Shown: positions 27,148 to 37,154, numbered from the stretch's first letter. The stretch is 64,000 bases of DNA from Planctomycetia bacterium (GCA_014192425.1 BJHK01000018.1:6986-70985), one strand, 5' to 3'. The notes: generated by a model from the sequence alone, not told the origin. Program-made: numbers and translations.

Positions 27148-28680
27148 GGACAGGCACAAGAAGTCCCTGGGGGTCCGAGAATGAGAGTCATTGACTGCCG
27201 GCCGCCGGAGCTATAAAGTACATATGTACAGTTTTAGAAAGTGCTTGCGGAGGTCCTGTCATGACGATGCCAAGGCGGCAGTTGGTCGATGTTGCGGTGA
27301 CGCGGTTTTACCACTGCATATCCCGTTGCGTACGGCACATGTTTTTGTGCGGTGATCGCTTTGCGCACCGTAAGGCCTGGGTCGAGTCCCGACTCGAATT
27401 CCTGTCCACGCACTTTGCCATTTCCGTCTGCGGTTTCGCGATCCTCGACAACCACCTCCACGTGCTCTGCCGGCTCGATCCTGGTGTGGCCGATGGCTGG
27501 AGCGACGAGGAGGTCGTTCGACGCTGGATTGCCGTCTATCACCCTTCCTGCCTTGACGTCGATGATCCAGACGTGCTCCAGGCATGGATCGATTATCAGT
27601 GTCGTGACGCAGGCCGCGTGGCCCGCTACCGTGAGCGGCTCCAGAATCTTGGCTGGTTCATGAAAGCCCTCAAGGAGCCACTTGCGCGGCTTGCCAACAA
27701 GGAAGAGGGCTGCACAGGCACGTTCTGGGAGGCCCGCTACAAGTCGATCGCCGTTCTCGACGAGGAGGCCCTTCTTGCGACCTGCGCCTATATCGACCTG
27801 AACCCCGTGGCTGCCGGCATCGCCAAGACCCCTGAAGCCGCACGGCATACCTCGATCAAGCAGCGAGTCGACCATGTTCGCAAACATCACTCTCTGGGAA
27901 CTCTCAAACTCGCCGCCGAGGCCCAGTCAGTTGCCGCCGCGAGAGTCGAAGCCGACCTTGAACAATCCCATTGGCTCTGCCCGCTGCAGGATCGGAGCAA
28001 GGCCGGCGCGGGACGGGAAGGCATGCTGCCCGGATTCTCTCTCTCGGGATACCTTGAGCTCGTGGACTGGACCGCCCGGCTCTGCCGCAAGGGCAAGGCA
28101 AGAATCACGGAGGAAGTGGCAGGCATCATGGCCCGGCTGGGCACGACCGCTGAATGCTGGCATTCCCGTCTTCGAAAACTCATGGCCACGACGCGTTGGG
28201 TTGGTCACTACTGTGCGACCAGCGCAGAGCGGTTACAAACGGTCGCAAGGTTGCGGGGTGTCCATCATGTGGATAACGCCCTCGGGAGCCTGGTTGCTCA
28301 ATAGCGCTGCTAACGCAATCAACGGAACAGATTGCGTCGGGAATCCCGCAAAGCATTCGATCTATACCAAGCACGAGTCCGTGCGAATCGTGGGCGGCTG
28401 GAGGCTTCGTCAACGCGGCAACGAGTTTGCCGTGCTGGGGCGGCCCTCATTCTGAGAAGTGCCCGACTCCCTGCCTCCGCAGCGAAATCTGTGGATGCAA
28501 TTCGGCTCCGGTAATCGCCCGTCATTCAACGTGCGAAAACTGGCCACTGCGGAGGGGCTTTGCGCAAGAAGCGCGCAAGAAGCGGACAGGCCTCGTGGGG
28601 GACTCGAGGGACGGCAGCAGGCAGGTATAGTGGCATAGGCGGCCATAGGACAGGCACGACCAGGGGGGCGGGACAGGCAC
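27148..28680 (+). mobile_element. Possible RayT/IS200-like mobile or domesticated unit, delimited by direct GGACAGGCAC copies
   Basis: Exact GGACAGGCAC occurs at 27148-27157 and 28648-57 (1500 bp apart), and again at 28671-28680. The interior is lower in GC and holds only the Y1 transposase-like gene. A 12-bp palindrome GTACATATGTAC lies in the 5' leader. The true element ends are not established. Confidence 0.35.
27261..28304 (+). CDS. HUH-Y1 (IS200/RayT-like, COG1943-type) transposase-like protein
   Basis: The product contains FYHCISRCVRHMFLCG, the HUH motif AILDNHLHVL, and the Tyr motif ATCAYIDLNPVAAGI. GC is clearly lower than in the surrounding genes. Confidence 0.8.
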   Translation: MTMPRRQLVDVAVTRFYHCISRCVRHMFLCGDRFAHRKAWVESRLEFLSTHFAISVCGFAILDNHLHVLCRLDPGVADGWSDEEVVRRWIAVYHPSCLDVDDPDVLQAWIDYQCRDAGRVARYRERLQNLGWFMKALKEPLARLANKEEGCTGTFWEARYKSIAVLDEEALLATCAYIDLNPVAAGIAKTPEAARHTSIKQRVDHVRKHHSLGTLKLAAEAQSVAAARVEADLEQSHWLCPLQDRSKAGAGREGMLPGFSLSGYLELVDWTARLCRKGKARITEEVAGIMARLGTTAECWHSRLRKLMATTRWVGHYCATSAERLQTVARLRGVHHVDNALGSLVAQ

Positions 28681-28918
28681 AACCAGGGGGCGCGATTTGC
28701 CCCGGAGATCGCCGGCGAAAAAATCTCGGCAGAAAAGCTTTGCCCCTGAGGCCGGTGTCGCTCGCTTTATAGGGAGGCGGATTCGCCGTCATCCCGTCAA
28801 TGGAGCGAGTGCCGTGTCACGTTTCGATCTTCACAGCGAAATCCTCGGCCGCTTTTCAGCGGCATCTTCGGCGGCATGGCACCACGGGGTCAGAGCCAAA
28901 GGAGACGTTGCGGAGAGA

Positions 28919-31696
28919 ATGGCCGAAGGAAAAGCCCGGGTGGTGGCAGCCGTCGGCCACTGGAGGCGATTGGCCGGTCGCCACGTCCGGACCGAGCCGC
29001 TTCCGAGCCGACCGCTCGTCCTCGTCGCCGCCTGCGTCGCCGCCGGCTGCGTGCTGGCCCGCGTCCTGTCCGCGATGCCGGAAAGTCACGGGGCGGGAAC
29101 TGTGGACGGAGGCTGGCCGGTCACGAGCCTCGTGGTCGGTTGGTGGTTTGGTGCCATGGCGGCGCTTGCCTTTTGGGCCGGCTGCCTGCGGCACGGCCGC
29201 CCGTGGGCCGCTGCGTTGAGCCTCGCTGCCTCGATCATGTGCACGGCCGCAGCCTGGTCGGCGGCCCGATTCGATCTTTTTCCGGCCGACGATCTGGCCT
29301 GGCAACTTCCCCCCGACGCGGCGGCCATGCCTGTCCCGGTGGCCGTGGTGGGCGTCGTCGTCGAGGCACCGCGGCCCCTCCCCTCCCCCGTGGCCGATCC
29401 GAGGCAGGCGGCGGCCATCGGCTCGTCGAGCGAGTTCATCTTCGCCGTGGAGCGGCTTCGCGACGGGGGCTGCTGGCGGGACGCATCCGGGAGGGCCGCC
29501 GTGATCGTCGACGGGGATCCGCCGGCTATGCACGTCGGCAGCCGAGTGTGTGTCTTCGGACGCGGCCTGCGGCCCACGCCGGCGCTGAACCCGGGCGAGT
29601 TCGACTTCCGGCTCCGGGCCCGCACGAGCCGCTGCCTGTCCATCATCCGGGTCCACTCGGTGGCCTGCATCCGCACCCTGGCCCCGCCCCCGTGGTGGAC
29701 GATCGGCCCGTGGATCGACCGGGTTCGCACCTGGGGCGTGCGTGTCCTCCACGACCACGTGTCGCCGGCGCGGGCGCCGCTGGCCGCGGCGCTCCTGCTC
29801 GGCAGCCGCGAGTCGCTGCCCAGGCAGGATGCAGACGACTTCCTCGTCACCGGCACCGTCCACATTCTCTCCATCTCGGGCCTGCACGTCGGCCTGCTCG
29901 CCTACGCCCTGTTTCGGCTCTGCCGCTGGCTGCTCGTGCCGCGGGGCTGGTCGCTCGTGACCGTGGCAGCCTGCACGGCGGCTTACATGCTGCTCGTTCG
30001 AGCCGAGACGCCGGTCGTGCGGGCCACGCTCCTCGTCTGGCTCGCCTGCCTCGGCGCAGCCACCGGCCGCCGGTCGCCGGCCGTCAATGCCCTGGCCGCA
30101 GCGGCCGTCGTCGTGCTCGCCTGCCGACCGGGGGAGGTGTTCGCGGCCGGCGCGCAACTGTCGTTCATGTCGACGGCGGTGCTCGTCGCCGTCTCGACAG
30201 CCCTGACGCGGACGAACGGGGAGCCGGACCCGATCGAGCGGCTCATCGACCGCAGCCGCTCGCCGGTGGAGCGGGTCATCAGGCGGCTGGCGTGGAACGT
30301 CTGGGTGCTGTTCGTCACCGGGGCCGCCGTGTGGGCCGTGTCAGCGCCCCTCGTAGCGGCCCGGTTCCACGTGCTCAGCCCGATCGGACTGGTGCTCAAC
30401 GTGCTCATCGCCCCGTTCGTGGCCCTGGCGATGGGCTGGGGAACGGCCTGCCTGGCGGCGGCGCCGCTCTCCCCCGCCATCGCCGGCGCGTGCGGCGCCG
30501 CCTGCGACGTCACGCTCGCCTGCATCGGCTGGCTCGTGTCCTGGGCGGCGGCCGTGCCCGGCGGCCATGCGTGGCTGGCGGCGCCGGCGTGGTGGTGGGT
30601 CGTCGGCTGGTACGTGCTGCTCGCGACGGTGTGCCTCGTGCTGCCACCGGCTCGTCTGGCCCGGGCCGGCACCTGGGGGGGCGTGGGGATGGCCTGGATC
30701 GTCGTCGGCCTCGTGGCGGGCGGGCTCGGTCGGCTCATGGACCCCGGGCCGGGGCCGCTCCGGGTGGTGATGGCTGCGGTCGGACATGGCTCGGGCATCG
30801 TGGTCCGCAGCCCGTCGGGCCGATGCCTGCTCTATGACGCCGGCAGGCTGGGGGCGCCGGCCGCCGCCCGCCGGGCCCTGGCGGGGGTGCTGTGGAGCGA
30901 GGGCGTGTGGCGGATCGACACGCTCGTCATCTCCCATGCCGACGCAGACCACTTCAACGCCGTGCCGCAGCTCCTCGAGCGGTTCGCCGTGGGCGAGGTC
31001 GTGGTCGCGGCCGACTTTTTGGAGAGCGGGTCGCCGGCGGTCGCCGATCTCCTGCAGCGGATCGCCGACCAGGGCATCCCGCTGCGCACGGTCAGGGCCG
31101 GAGACGAATTCGCCGTCGATCCGCACTGCCGCGTCCGCGTTCTGCATCCGGATGGCGACGATCCGGACGCCGACCCAAACGACGGGAAGGCAACCCGCAC
31201 CGGGCATCGACGGCTCGACCCCGCCGTGGCCGACAACGAGCGGAGCATCGTGCTTGCGGTCGAAGCGGCCGGCCGTCGCCTGCTCCTCACCGGCGATCTC
31301 GAGGGGGACGCCCTCGCGCGGTTCGTGGCGGCAGGGCCGGAGACCTGTGATGTGCTCGTCGCGCCGCATCACGGCAGTCGCTCCAGCCTGCCCCCCGACA
31401 TTGCCCGGGCGACAGCCCCGACCTGGGTCCTCGTCAGCGGACAGGGGGGCGCGGCCTGGCCGGAGGTGCGAGCCGCCTACGGCGCGGCGTCGGTCGGCGG
31501 TCCGGGCCGCGTCCTCAAGACCGGCGGCGCGGGTGCGATCGCGGTCGAGGCCGACGCGGCGACCGTCCTCGCGCACCAGTTCCGGGCGGGCCGCTGGCGG
31601 CCTGTCACCCCGCCCTCGCCTGTCACCCCGCCGCCGCAGGAGCGGCCTGCGAGCGCGTCAGGACCAGGCCGGCGACGATCAGGGCCAGCTGGCTGA
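28919..31696 (+). CDS. comEC: ComEC/Rec2 family DNA internalisation channel with a C-terminal metallo-beta-lactamase domain
   Basis: The core is polytopic (HILSISGLHVG motif). The C-terminal MBL domain reads MAAVGHGSGIVV...LYDAG...ISHADADH...APHHGS. The start is uncertain, with 28697, 28814 and 28919 all possible. Confidence 0.8.
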   Translation: MAEGKARVVAAVGHWRRLAGRHVRTEPLPSRPLVLVAACVAAGCVLARVLSAMPESHGAGTVDGGWPVTSLVVGWWFGAMAALAFWAGCLRHGRPWAAALSLAASIMCTAAAWSAARFDLFPADDLAWQLPPDAAAMPVPVAVVGVVVEAPRPLPSPVADPRQAAAIGSSSEFIFAVERLRDGGCWRDASGRAAVIVDGDPPAMHVGSRVCVFGRGLRPTPALNPGEFDFRLRARTSRCLSIIRVHSVACIRTLAPPPWWTIGPWIDRVRTWGVRVLHDHVSPARAPLAAALLLGSRESLPRQDADDFLVTGTVHILSISGLHVGLLAYALFRLCRWLLVPRGWSLVTVAACTAAYMLLVRAETPVVRATLLVWLACLGAATGRRSPAVNALAAAAVVVLACRPGEVFAAGAQLSFMSTAVLVAVSTALTRTNGEPDPIERLIDRSRSPVERVIRRLAWNVWVLFVTGAAVWAVSAPLVAARFHVLSPIGLVLNVLIAPFVALAMGWGTACLAAAPLSPAIAGACGAACDVTLACIGWLVSWAAAVPGGHAWLAAPAWWWVVGWYVLLATVCLVLPPARLARAGTWGGVGMAWIVVGLVAGGLGRLMDPGPGPLRVVMAAVGHGSGIVVRSPSGRCLLYDAGRLGAPAAARRALAGVLWSEGVWRIDTLVISHADADHFNAVPQLLERFAVGEVVVAADFLESGSPAVADLLQRIADQGIPLRTVRAGDEFAVDPHCRVRVLHPDGDDPDADPNDGKATRTGHRRLDPAVADNERSIVLAVEAAGRRLLLTGDLEGDALARFVAAGPETCDVLVAPHHGSRSSLPPDIARATAPTWVLVSGQGGAAWPEVRAAYGAASVGGPGRVLKTGGAGAIAVEADAATVLAHQFRAGRWRPVTPPSPVTPPPQERPASASGPGRRRSGPAG

Positions 31697-34600
31697 GGAC
31701 ATAGGCCCCGAGCAGCATGAGGACGCCGCTGGTGAACCCGTAACTGTGGAGGCCGATGCTCAGCTGGTTGGTGCCGAACCAGCTCCAGGCCGTGACGATG
31801 TTGCCGCCGATCGCGAACAGGGCGAAGCCACGCGGCCCGATCCAGCGGTCCCAGCGGGCGTGGAGCAGGGCCGCGTTCCAGAGCACGATCATCAGGGCCC
31901 CGTTCTCCTTCGGGTCCCAGCCCCAGAACCGGCCCCAACTGTCGTCGGCCCACAGGCCCCCGAGGACCGTGCCGATGAAGCTGAAGAACAATGCGAAGCA
32001 GACGACGCCGTACGTCATGCGGTGGAGCACGTCGGTGACCTCACGGGCCAGGGCCGGATCACCGGACCGCTGCCGGGTCGCGATGCCATGCACGATCGAG
32101 CAGGTGGCGAGCAGGCCGGCGAGGAACGTCGCCCCGTAGCCGAGGGCGACTGTCACGACGTGCGTCGAGAGCCAGAACTGCGTGTCGAGCACCGCCTGGA
32201 GGACATGCATCGTGTCGCCCGAGTCGAGCCCGTAGGCGATCATCAGCGACAGGGCGCCGCTGGCCGCCGCCACGAGGTTGCCGATGCCGAGCCGGAAGAG
32301 CCGCTCCAGGACCAGTCCTGCCAGCACGCAGGCCCAGCCGATGAACACGGCCGAGCCGTAGAGGTTGACCACCGGCGGCCGGCCGGTGATCGCGATCCGG
32401 CAGACGATCGCGAACGTGTGCAGGCAGAACAGGCCGGCCAGCAGCCAGAAGGCGAAGCGGTTGAGCGGGGCGTGGCCGACGAGAAAGCTGGCGAAGCACA
32501 CGACCAGCGCGAAGACGTAGAGCCACTTCGCCAGGTCGGTTGGGTTGAAGGCGAGGAACCAGGCCTCGAAGGCCGCCATCCGTGCCCCCGTGCGGACCGG
32601 TTCCAGGTCGGCGATCGCCTGCCGGTAGGCCGTCACGGCCCGGTCGATCTCGGCTGGGCCCGCGGCCTGCGCGGCGAGCAGGTCGCTGAGCGGGAGGATC
32701 GCCGGGCTGATCGTCCCCGCGTTCCCCGTCAAGCGTCGTGTGAACGCCTCCATCACGGCCGGATAGAGCGACTGCCAGTCCGTGGCATTCGTCGCAGCGG
32801 ACACTTCTTCGGCCGGCGGCTGGGCGACGGGAGGAATCAGCGCCGGCGGCTTGCGATCCTCGATCAGCCGGGCACGCTGCATCATCTGCCGGATCTCGCC
32901 GATGGCCTGCTGCCGATCCGCACCGGCGTCGAGGTTCGGCAGCGCCGGCGCCTCGTAGGCGAAGCGGATGACGTCGTAGGCGGCGAACTTCTGCTCGATC
33001 TCGATCATCTTCTTCTGGACGAACGACCGCGATTCCGCGGGGACGTCGCGCAGGGTCGCCACCTGCTCGCGGAGTTTCGCCCGCCCCTTCTCCAGTTCCG
33101 CAGGCGCGTAGCGATGTCCCTGGCGGCGCTCGAGGTCGAAGAGGTCGAGAATCTCCTTGGCGTCGATGCGGAACACCGGCGCCCGCTCGACCCAGTCGCT
33201 CCCCGCCATCAGGCCGAGGAGCCACTGCGTGGCGGACACCGTCCCGGTCGGACCGCCGGCCGGCGCGTCGGCCGGCATCTTGACCCCGGTCCGGTTGCCG
33301 AGCAGTTGGAGCGTCGTGCGGGCGACGCTGTCGAGCGGCTTGATCCGCCCGGCGTCCATCACCGGCAGGCTGCCGGCGGCCCGCCAGTCGGCGGCCCCCG
33401 GCCGCGGGCCGCGCGGCAGGGCCGCGAGCACGCAGGCCCCGATCAGGCCCAGGGCCAGCGCCGCCGGCAGCAGGCTGCGGCCGGGCTGCGGGACTGCCCG
33501 TGGGGCGGGCGCGGCGTGCTGCCCGTGTCGGCCACGGCGCGGGCCGGGCGCGGCAGCGGCCGCCGGCTGCCGCTCGCGGCGATCGGCGAAGCGGAGGAAC
33601 GTGCCCCCGAAGTGGACGAGCATGCCCCAGAAGGCGAGGACGCAGGCGACGTAGGGGATCAGCCAGCCGGCGTTCGTCACGACCTGCAGCCCGGTCATCT
33701 CCACGCGTCCCTCCTTGCCCACGGGGACCATGGCATATTGGCTCTGGTAGAAGGTTTCGCCGCGGTAGCGGACGGGATTATTCATCCAGATCCGCCCCTG
33801 CTGATCGGCCTTCGTCGCCGTGTCGGTGAACGTGACGTACGACGAGTAGTCGCGCGGGGTTTCGCTGGCGGAATAGTTGATCCGCCGGACGTCGGTGAGC
33901 GACACGGAATATGGCTTGTACTCGCGCCGAAAGCGGAGCTGCAGCCGCCACGTGGTGCCCGCCGCGGCCAGGCTGTCGCACTCGTCGGCGGCCGTCGTCA
34001 GGTTCAACTGGCTGAAGTCGTTGAGCCATTGCGAGACGAGGAACGTCCCCAGGTCCGCCTCCCCCTCCTTGGCGACGAGTTGGACGTAGGCCGAGGCGAC
34101 GTTCGGCTGCGAGGAACCGCCCCCCTCCGGCGGCCGGCGGTCGGCGAGCCAGCTGCGGCCGAGGCCGGTCGTGGCCCGGTTCGGCGCCACCGGGCCGACG
34201 CGCAGGATCGTCGAGTTCGGGAAGTACTCCACGACGCGGATGGCGAACGGCAGGCCGTCGACGCTGACCGGCGCGCCCCCCGCCCGGGCCGCGAGGAGCC
34301 GGCCGGAAATTGCCGTCACGCTGTCGGTCTCGGACCCGCCGGTGTCGATGACCGCGAGTTCCACCTCGTCGGTCCGGCAGGCGACGTTCGTCGTCTGCCC
34401 CTCGACCAGCGACATCCGCTCCTCGATCTGCCGGTCGCCGAAGGCGAACTGGCCGAGCATCAACAGGCCGACGGCGACATGGATCAGGACGTTGCCGCCG
34501 CGATTACCGAACACCATCACGAGCCCCACGAGCAGCGTCAGGGCCGCCGCGCTCGATTGAATCAGCTGCCACATGATCCGCAGGCCCGGGTCGTTCATGC

Positions 34601-35318
34601 GCCAGGCAGCGCCGCCGACGATCGTTGCCAGGGCCACCCCAGCGACCGCGGCGGCCGTGATGCCGAGCACGCTGCGGACGAGCTGACGCTGCCCCTTGTC
34701 GGCAGCCGCCCAGCCGAGGCCGAAGGCCAGTGCCAGCGCCCCCCCCTGCACCAGCCGCCAGACGGTCGCGTACGAGACGGGCGGCTGTCCCTGCAGGCCG
34801 TCCCCCGCGTGCCCGGTGAGGATGACGGCGAGCGTCAGCAGGCCGCCGAGGATCGACACGCCGCTGCCCCAGGCCAGCCGGGCGCCCGAGGCGGCGACGT
34901 GGAAGCGGGTGATCTTGGCGGCGATCAGGTTGACGAGGAGCACGAGGCCGATCGTGCCGCCGCCCGGAAAGGGAAACCAGCCGGGAATCCTCCGCCAGCC
35001 CTCGTCCTGGAAGATCGTCACCGGCAGGAAGTCGGCGAGCCTGATGATCGCGATCCAGCTGTTGAAGTACTCCGCCTTCACGTCGGGAAGGTTCTTCTCG
35101 TCCTGGACGAGCGTGCCGATGAAGAGGAGAAACACCGCGGCCAGGAACATGACCACGGTGATCTTCAGCGAGCCGAGGGCGCGGAGAGCCTGCCAGGCCA
35201 GCGAGTCATGCGTGCCGGCCCGCGATCGCGGCCGGGCGACATCGACGCCGATGCCGCGATCGAGCGGCAGACTTCCTGCGGACATGGATGCGGCCTCCGG
35301 GTGCCGGTGTCTGATCAC
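31623..35318 (-). CDS. ccsBA: Fused system II cytochrome c biogenesis protein CcsBA (ResB/Ccs1 + CcsA/ResC)
   Basis: The N-terminus is ResB-like (LGSLKITVVMFLAAVFLLFIGTLVQ). The C-terminus is CcsA-like, with the WWD motif WGRFWGWDPKENGAL and conserved His residues. An alternative ATG start lies at 35285. Confidence 0.85.
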   Translation of the reverse strand: MIRHRHPEAASMSAGSLPLDRGIGVDVARPRSRAGTHDSLAWQALRALGSLKITVVMFLAAVFLLFIGTLVQDEKNLPDVKAEYFNSWIAIIRLADFLPVTIFQDEGWRRIPGWFPFPGGGTIGLVLLVNLIAAKITRFHVAASGARLAWGSGVSILGGLLTLAVILTGHAGDGLQGQPPVSYATVWRLVQGGALALAFGLGWAAADKGQRQLVRSVLGITAAAVAGVALATIVGGAAWRMNDPGLRIMWQLIQSSAAALTLLVGLVMVFGNRGGNVLIHVAVGLLMLGQFAFGDRQIEERMSLVEGQTTNVACRTDEVELAVIDTGGSETDSVTAISGRLLAARAGGAPVSVDGLPFAIRVVEYFPNSTILRVGPVAPNRATTGLGRSWLADRRPPEGGGSSQPNVASAYVQLVAKEGEADLGTFLVSQWLNDFSQLNLTTAADECDSLAAAGTTWRLQLRFRREYKPYSVSLTDVRRINYSASETPRDYSSYVTFTDTATKADQQGRIWMNNPVRYRGETFYQSQYAMVPVGKEGRVEMTGLQVVTNAGWLIPYVACVLAFWGMLVHFGGTFLRFADRRERQPAAAAAPGPRRGRHGQHAAPAPRAVPQPGRSLLPAALALGLIGACVLAALPRGPRPGAADWRAAGSLPVMDAGRIKPLDSVARTTLQLLGNRTGVKMPADAPAGGPTGTVSATQWLLGLMAGSDWVERAPVFRIDAKEILDLFDLERRQGHRYAPAELEKGRAKLREQVATLRDVPAESRSFVQKKMIEIEQKFAAYDVIRFAYEAPALPNLDAGADRQQAIGEIRQMMQRARLIEDRKPPALIPPVAQPPAEEVSAATNATDWQSLYPAVMEAFTRRLTGNAGTISPAILPLSDLLAAQAAGPAEIDRAVTAYRQAIADLEPVRTGARMAAFEAWFLAFNPTDLAKWLYVFALVVCFASFLVGHAPLNRFAFWLLAGLFCLHTFAIVCRIAITGRPPVVNLYGSAVFIGWACVLAGLVLERLFRLGIGNLVAAASGALSLMIAYGLDSGDTMHVLQAVLDTQFWLSTHVVTVALGYGATFLAGLLATCSIVHGIATRQRSGDPALAREVTDVLHRMTYGVVCFALFFSFIGTVLGGLWADDSWGRFWGWDPKENGALMIVLWNAALLHARWDRWIGPRGFALFAIGGNIVTAWSWFGTNQLSIGLHSYGFTSGVLMLLGAYVLSQLALIVAGLVLTRSQAAPAAAG

Positions 35319-35938
35319 TGCCAGCGGAGCGAGGCGACGAAGCTGCGGAAGTTTTCCTGCTCCCGCGCGGCCACGTCTGCAGCGCCGCGAAACTTGACGA
35401 ACAGCGAGTCATCGCCCGTCGGGATGACCGCGGCCAGGATCGCCTGACCCTCGGCCCCTGTGGCGGCCGAAAAGCCCGCGGCGTCGAGGAGGACGATCGT
35501 GGCCGGCCTGCCGGCGACGTCGACCGTCTCGGCGGCCGCCAGGGCCCGGTCCGCCGCCGCCGTGACGGCCGCGGCGTCGGCCTCGCCGACGAGCTGCTTC
35601 TGCCAGCGGATGACGTTGTCGCGGAGCGTGCCGCGGGCCCGGCTCAGGGTCACCTCCTGGCCGGCGTCCGGACCGCCGATCAGCAATGTGGTCAGCCGCA
35701 TGCCGCTGGCTCCCTGATCCTGCCAGCCGGCGGGCACGTCGTACCGAACCGGTGATGCCGCCGGGGGCGGGCCGGCCGATTCGCGCGGCGGCGCAGCGGC
35801 CGGCGCCCCCTTCGCCACGGTGTAGGTGCGGACGTCGCCGGGGCGGAGCGCCGTGCCGTCACCACACCCGGCGGCGGCAACCGCGGCGAAAAACCCCGCT
35901 GCCAGGAGGCCGTGGCTGAGAAAGGAGGAGCGATTCAT
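35315..35938 (-). CDS. Hypothetical lipoprotein
   Basis: The internal start MNRSSFLSHGLLAAGFFAAVAAAGCGDG carries a lipobox. The stop overlaps the GTG start of ccsBA (GTGA). Confidence 0.6.
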   Translation of the reverse strand: MNRSSFLSHGLLAAGFFAAVAAAGCGDGTALRPGDVRTYTVAKGAPAAAPPRESAGPPPAASPVRYDVPAGWQDQGASGMRLTTLLIGGPDAGQEVTLSRARGTLRDNVIRWQKQLVGEADAAAVTAAADRALAAAETVDVAGRPATIVLLDAAGFSAATGAEGQAILAAVIPTGDDSLFVKFRGAADVAAREQENFRSFVASLRWQ

Positions 35939-36095
35939 GGAGGGGGCCAAGGGAACAAGGCCGGCGGGCCGGGGAAACGGGCCACGCTGGCAGGCCGGGT
36001 GAAACGGCTCGACCCGGCGGGCCGCCGGTGGAGGCCCATCCTCCGCTCGGCTATGAATACTAGTCCGCAGCCCACCGGGCAGCAATCGCCGGGCG

Positions 36096-37154
36096 TCAAC
36101 GCCAGCCGAAGGTTTCCGCGATCTGATCGAGCACCGGGTTGGCGAGCATCGGCCCCTCGGCCGAGCCGATCGTGCGGACGAGATCGAAGACCACGAACCC
36201 GCCGCAGAGCAGGAGCAGCGAGCAGCAGACGAGGCCGGTGATCTGCAGGCCGCTGAACGGGGTGTCGAACGTGAACTCGGGACTTCCGCCGAGCATCACC
36301 GAGCCGCTGTCGACCGCCGAGCCGTCGTTGGTGAGCTGCGAGCCCTCACCCTCGATCGCCGTGCCGAAGAAGCTCGACTCCCCGGTCTCCTCGGTGGGGA
36401 TGACGACCGACGCGCTCTCCTCGTCGGTCGGCTCGCCGCCGAGGATGAACTCATCGCCTCCGAAGGCGCCGCTCGCATCGGACGAATAGATCACCGACGC
36501 CTCGCCCGAGCCGCTCTCGATTCCGCTCGCCTCCAGCGACAGGCCGCTGTCGAGCAGGCCCGATCGCTTGTTGCTCCCTCCGCCACCCGTCAGCGACGGG
36601 CCGGAGCTGACATTGCTGCCTCCGGTTCCCGAGACGTTCGACATGTTGAGGGCCAGCGAGTCGCCGGGCCCCGGGCCGATGCCGGTCGAACCGCCCTGCG
36701 ACGGCCGCGCCAGGGACGGCGAGGAGATGCCGACGATCGAGCCGAGCGACTCGAGCGACAGGTCCGCGTCTTCCCCGTCGCCGAGGTCGTCGAACACGCT
36801 CCCCGTCGGCAGGGACGGGCTCGATGGCGGACCCGAGGCGGCCGCGCCGCGGACGAGCGTCTGCGTGCCGTCGTCGTCCGCATCGAGAGGCTCTCCGAGC
36901 ACGATCTCGTCGGGGTCCGCGGCCGGCATGGCTGGCGCACCGGGGAGATCCAGATCGAGGGCCAGGTCGGTCCCCTGCGGCCCGTCGTCGCCGAGGTCGC
37001 TTGCCAAGCGTTCGACGTCCTCGGTGCGGAACTTGACGGTCGCACCGTCCCGCATCGGAAACAGCTTCTTGCGATCGACGAGGCGATTGACCTCATCCAC
37101 GGACACGCCCAGCAGGCGGGCGGCTTCCTCCAACGACACGAATCTTCCGGCCAT
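36096..37154 (-). CDS. Membrane-anchored protein with an N-terminal excisionase/MerR-type HTH, an acidic low-complexity linker and a C-terminal TM helix
   Basis: The HTH_17-like N-terminus reads VSLEEAARLLGVSVDEVNRLVDRKKLFPMRDG..VKF. A long Asp/Gly/Ser-rich region follows. The C-terminal hydrophobic segment is ITGLVCCSLLLLCGGFVVFDLV. Confidence 0.7.
   Translation of the reverse strand: MAGRFVSLEEAARLLGVSVDEVNRLVDRKKLFPMRDGATVKFRTEDVERLASDLGDDGPQGTDLALDLDLPGAPAMPAADPDEIVLGEPLDADDDGTQTLVRGAAASGPPSSPSLPTGSVFDDLGDGEDADLSLESLGSIVGISSPSLARPSQGGSTGIGPGPGDSLALNMSNVSGTGGSNVSSGPSLTGGGGSNKRSGLLDSGLSLEASGIESGSGEASVIYSSDASGAFGGDEFILGGEPTDEESASVVIPTEETGESSFFGTAIEGEGSQLTNDGSAVDSGSVMLGGSPEFTFDTPFSGLQITGLVCCSLLLLCGGFVVFDLVRTIGSAEGPMLANPVLDQIAETFGWR

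Noticed and set aside
30786-35447. A 1553-aa ORF on the plus strand
   Set aside because: It is antisense to the well-supported ccsBA gene and out of frame with the comEC 3' end. Its composition is dominated by Arg/Gly/Pro/Asp with no recognisable domain.
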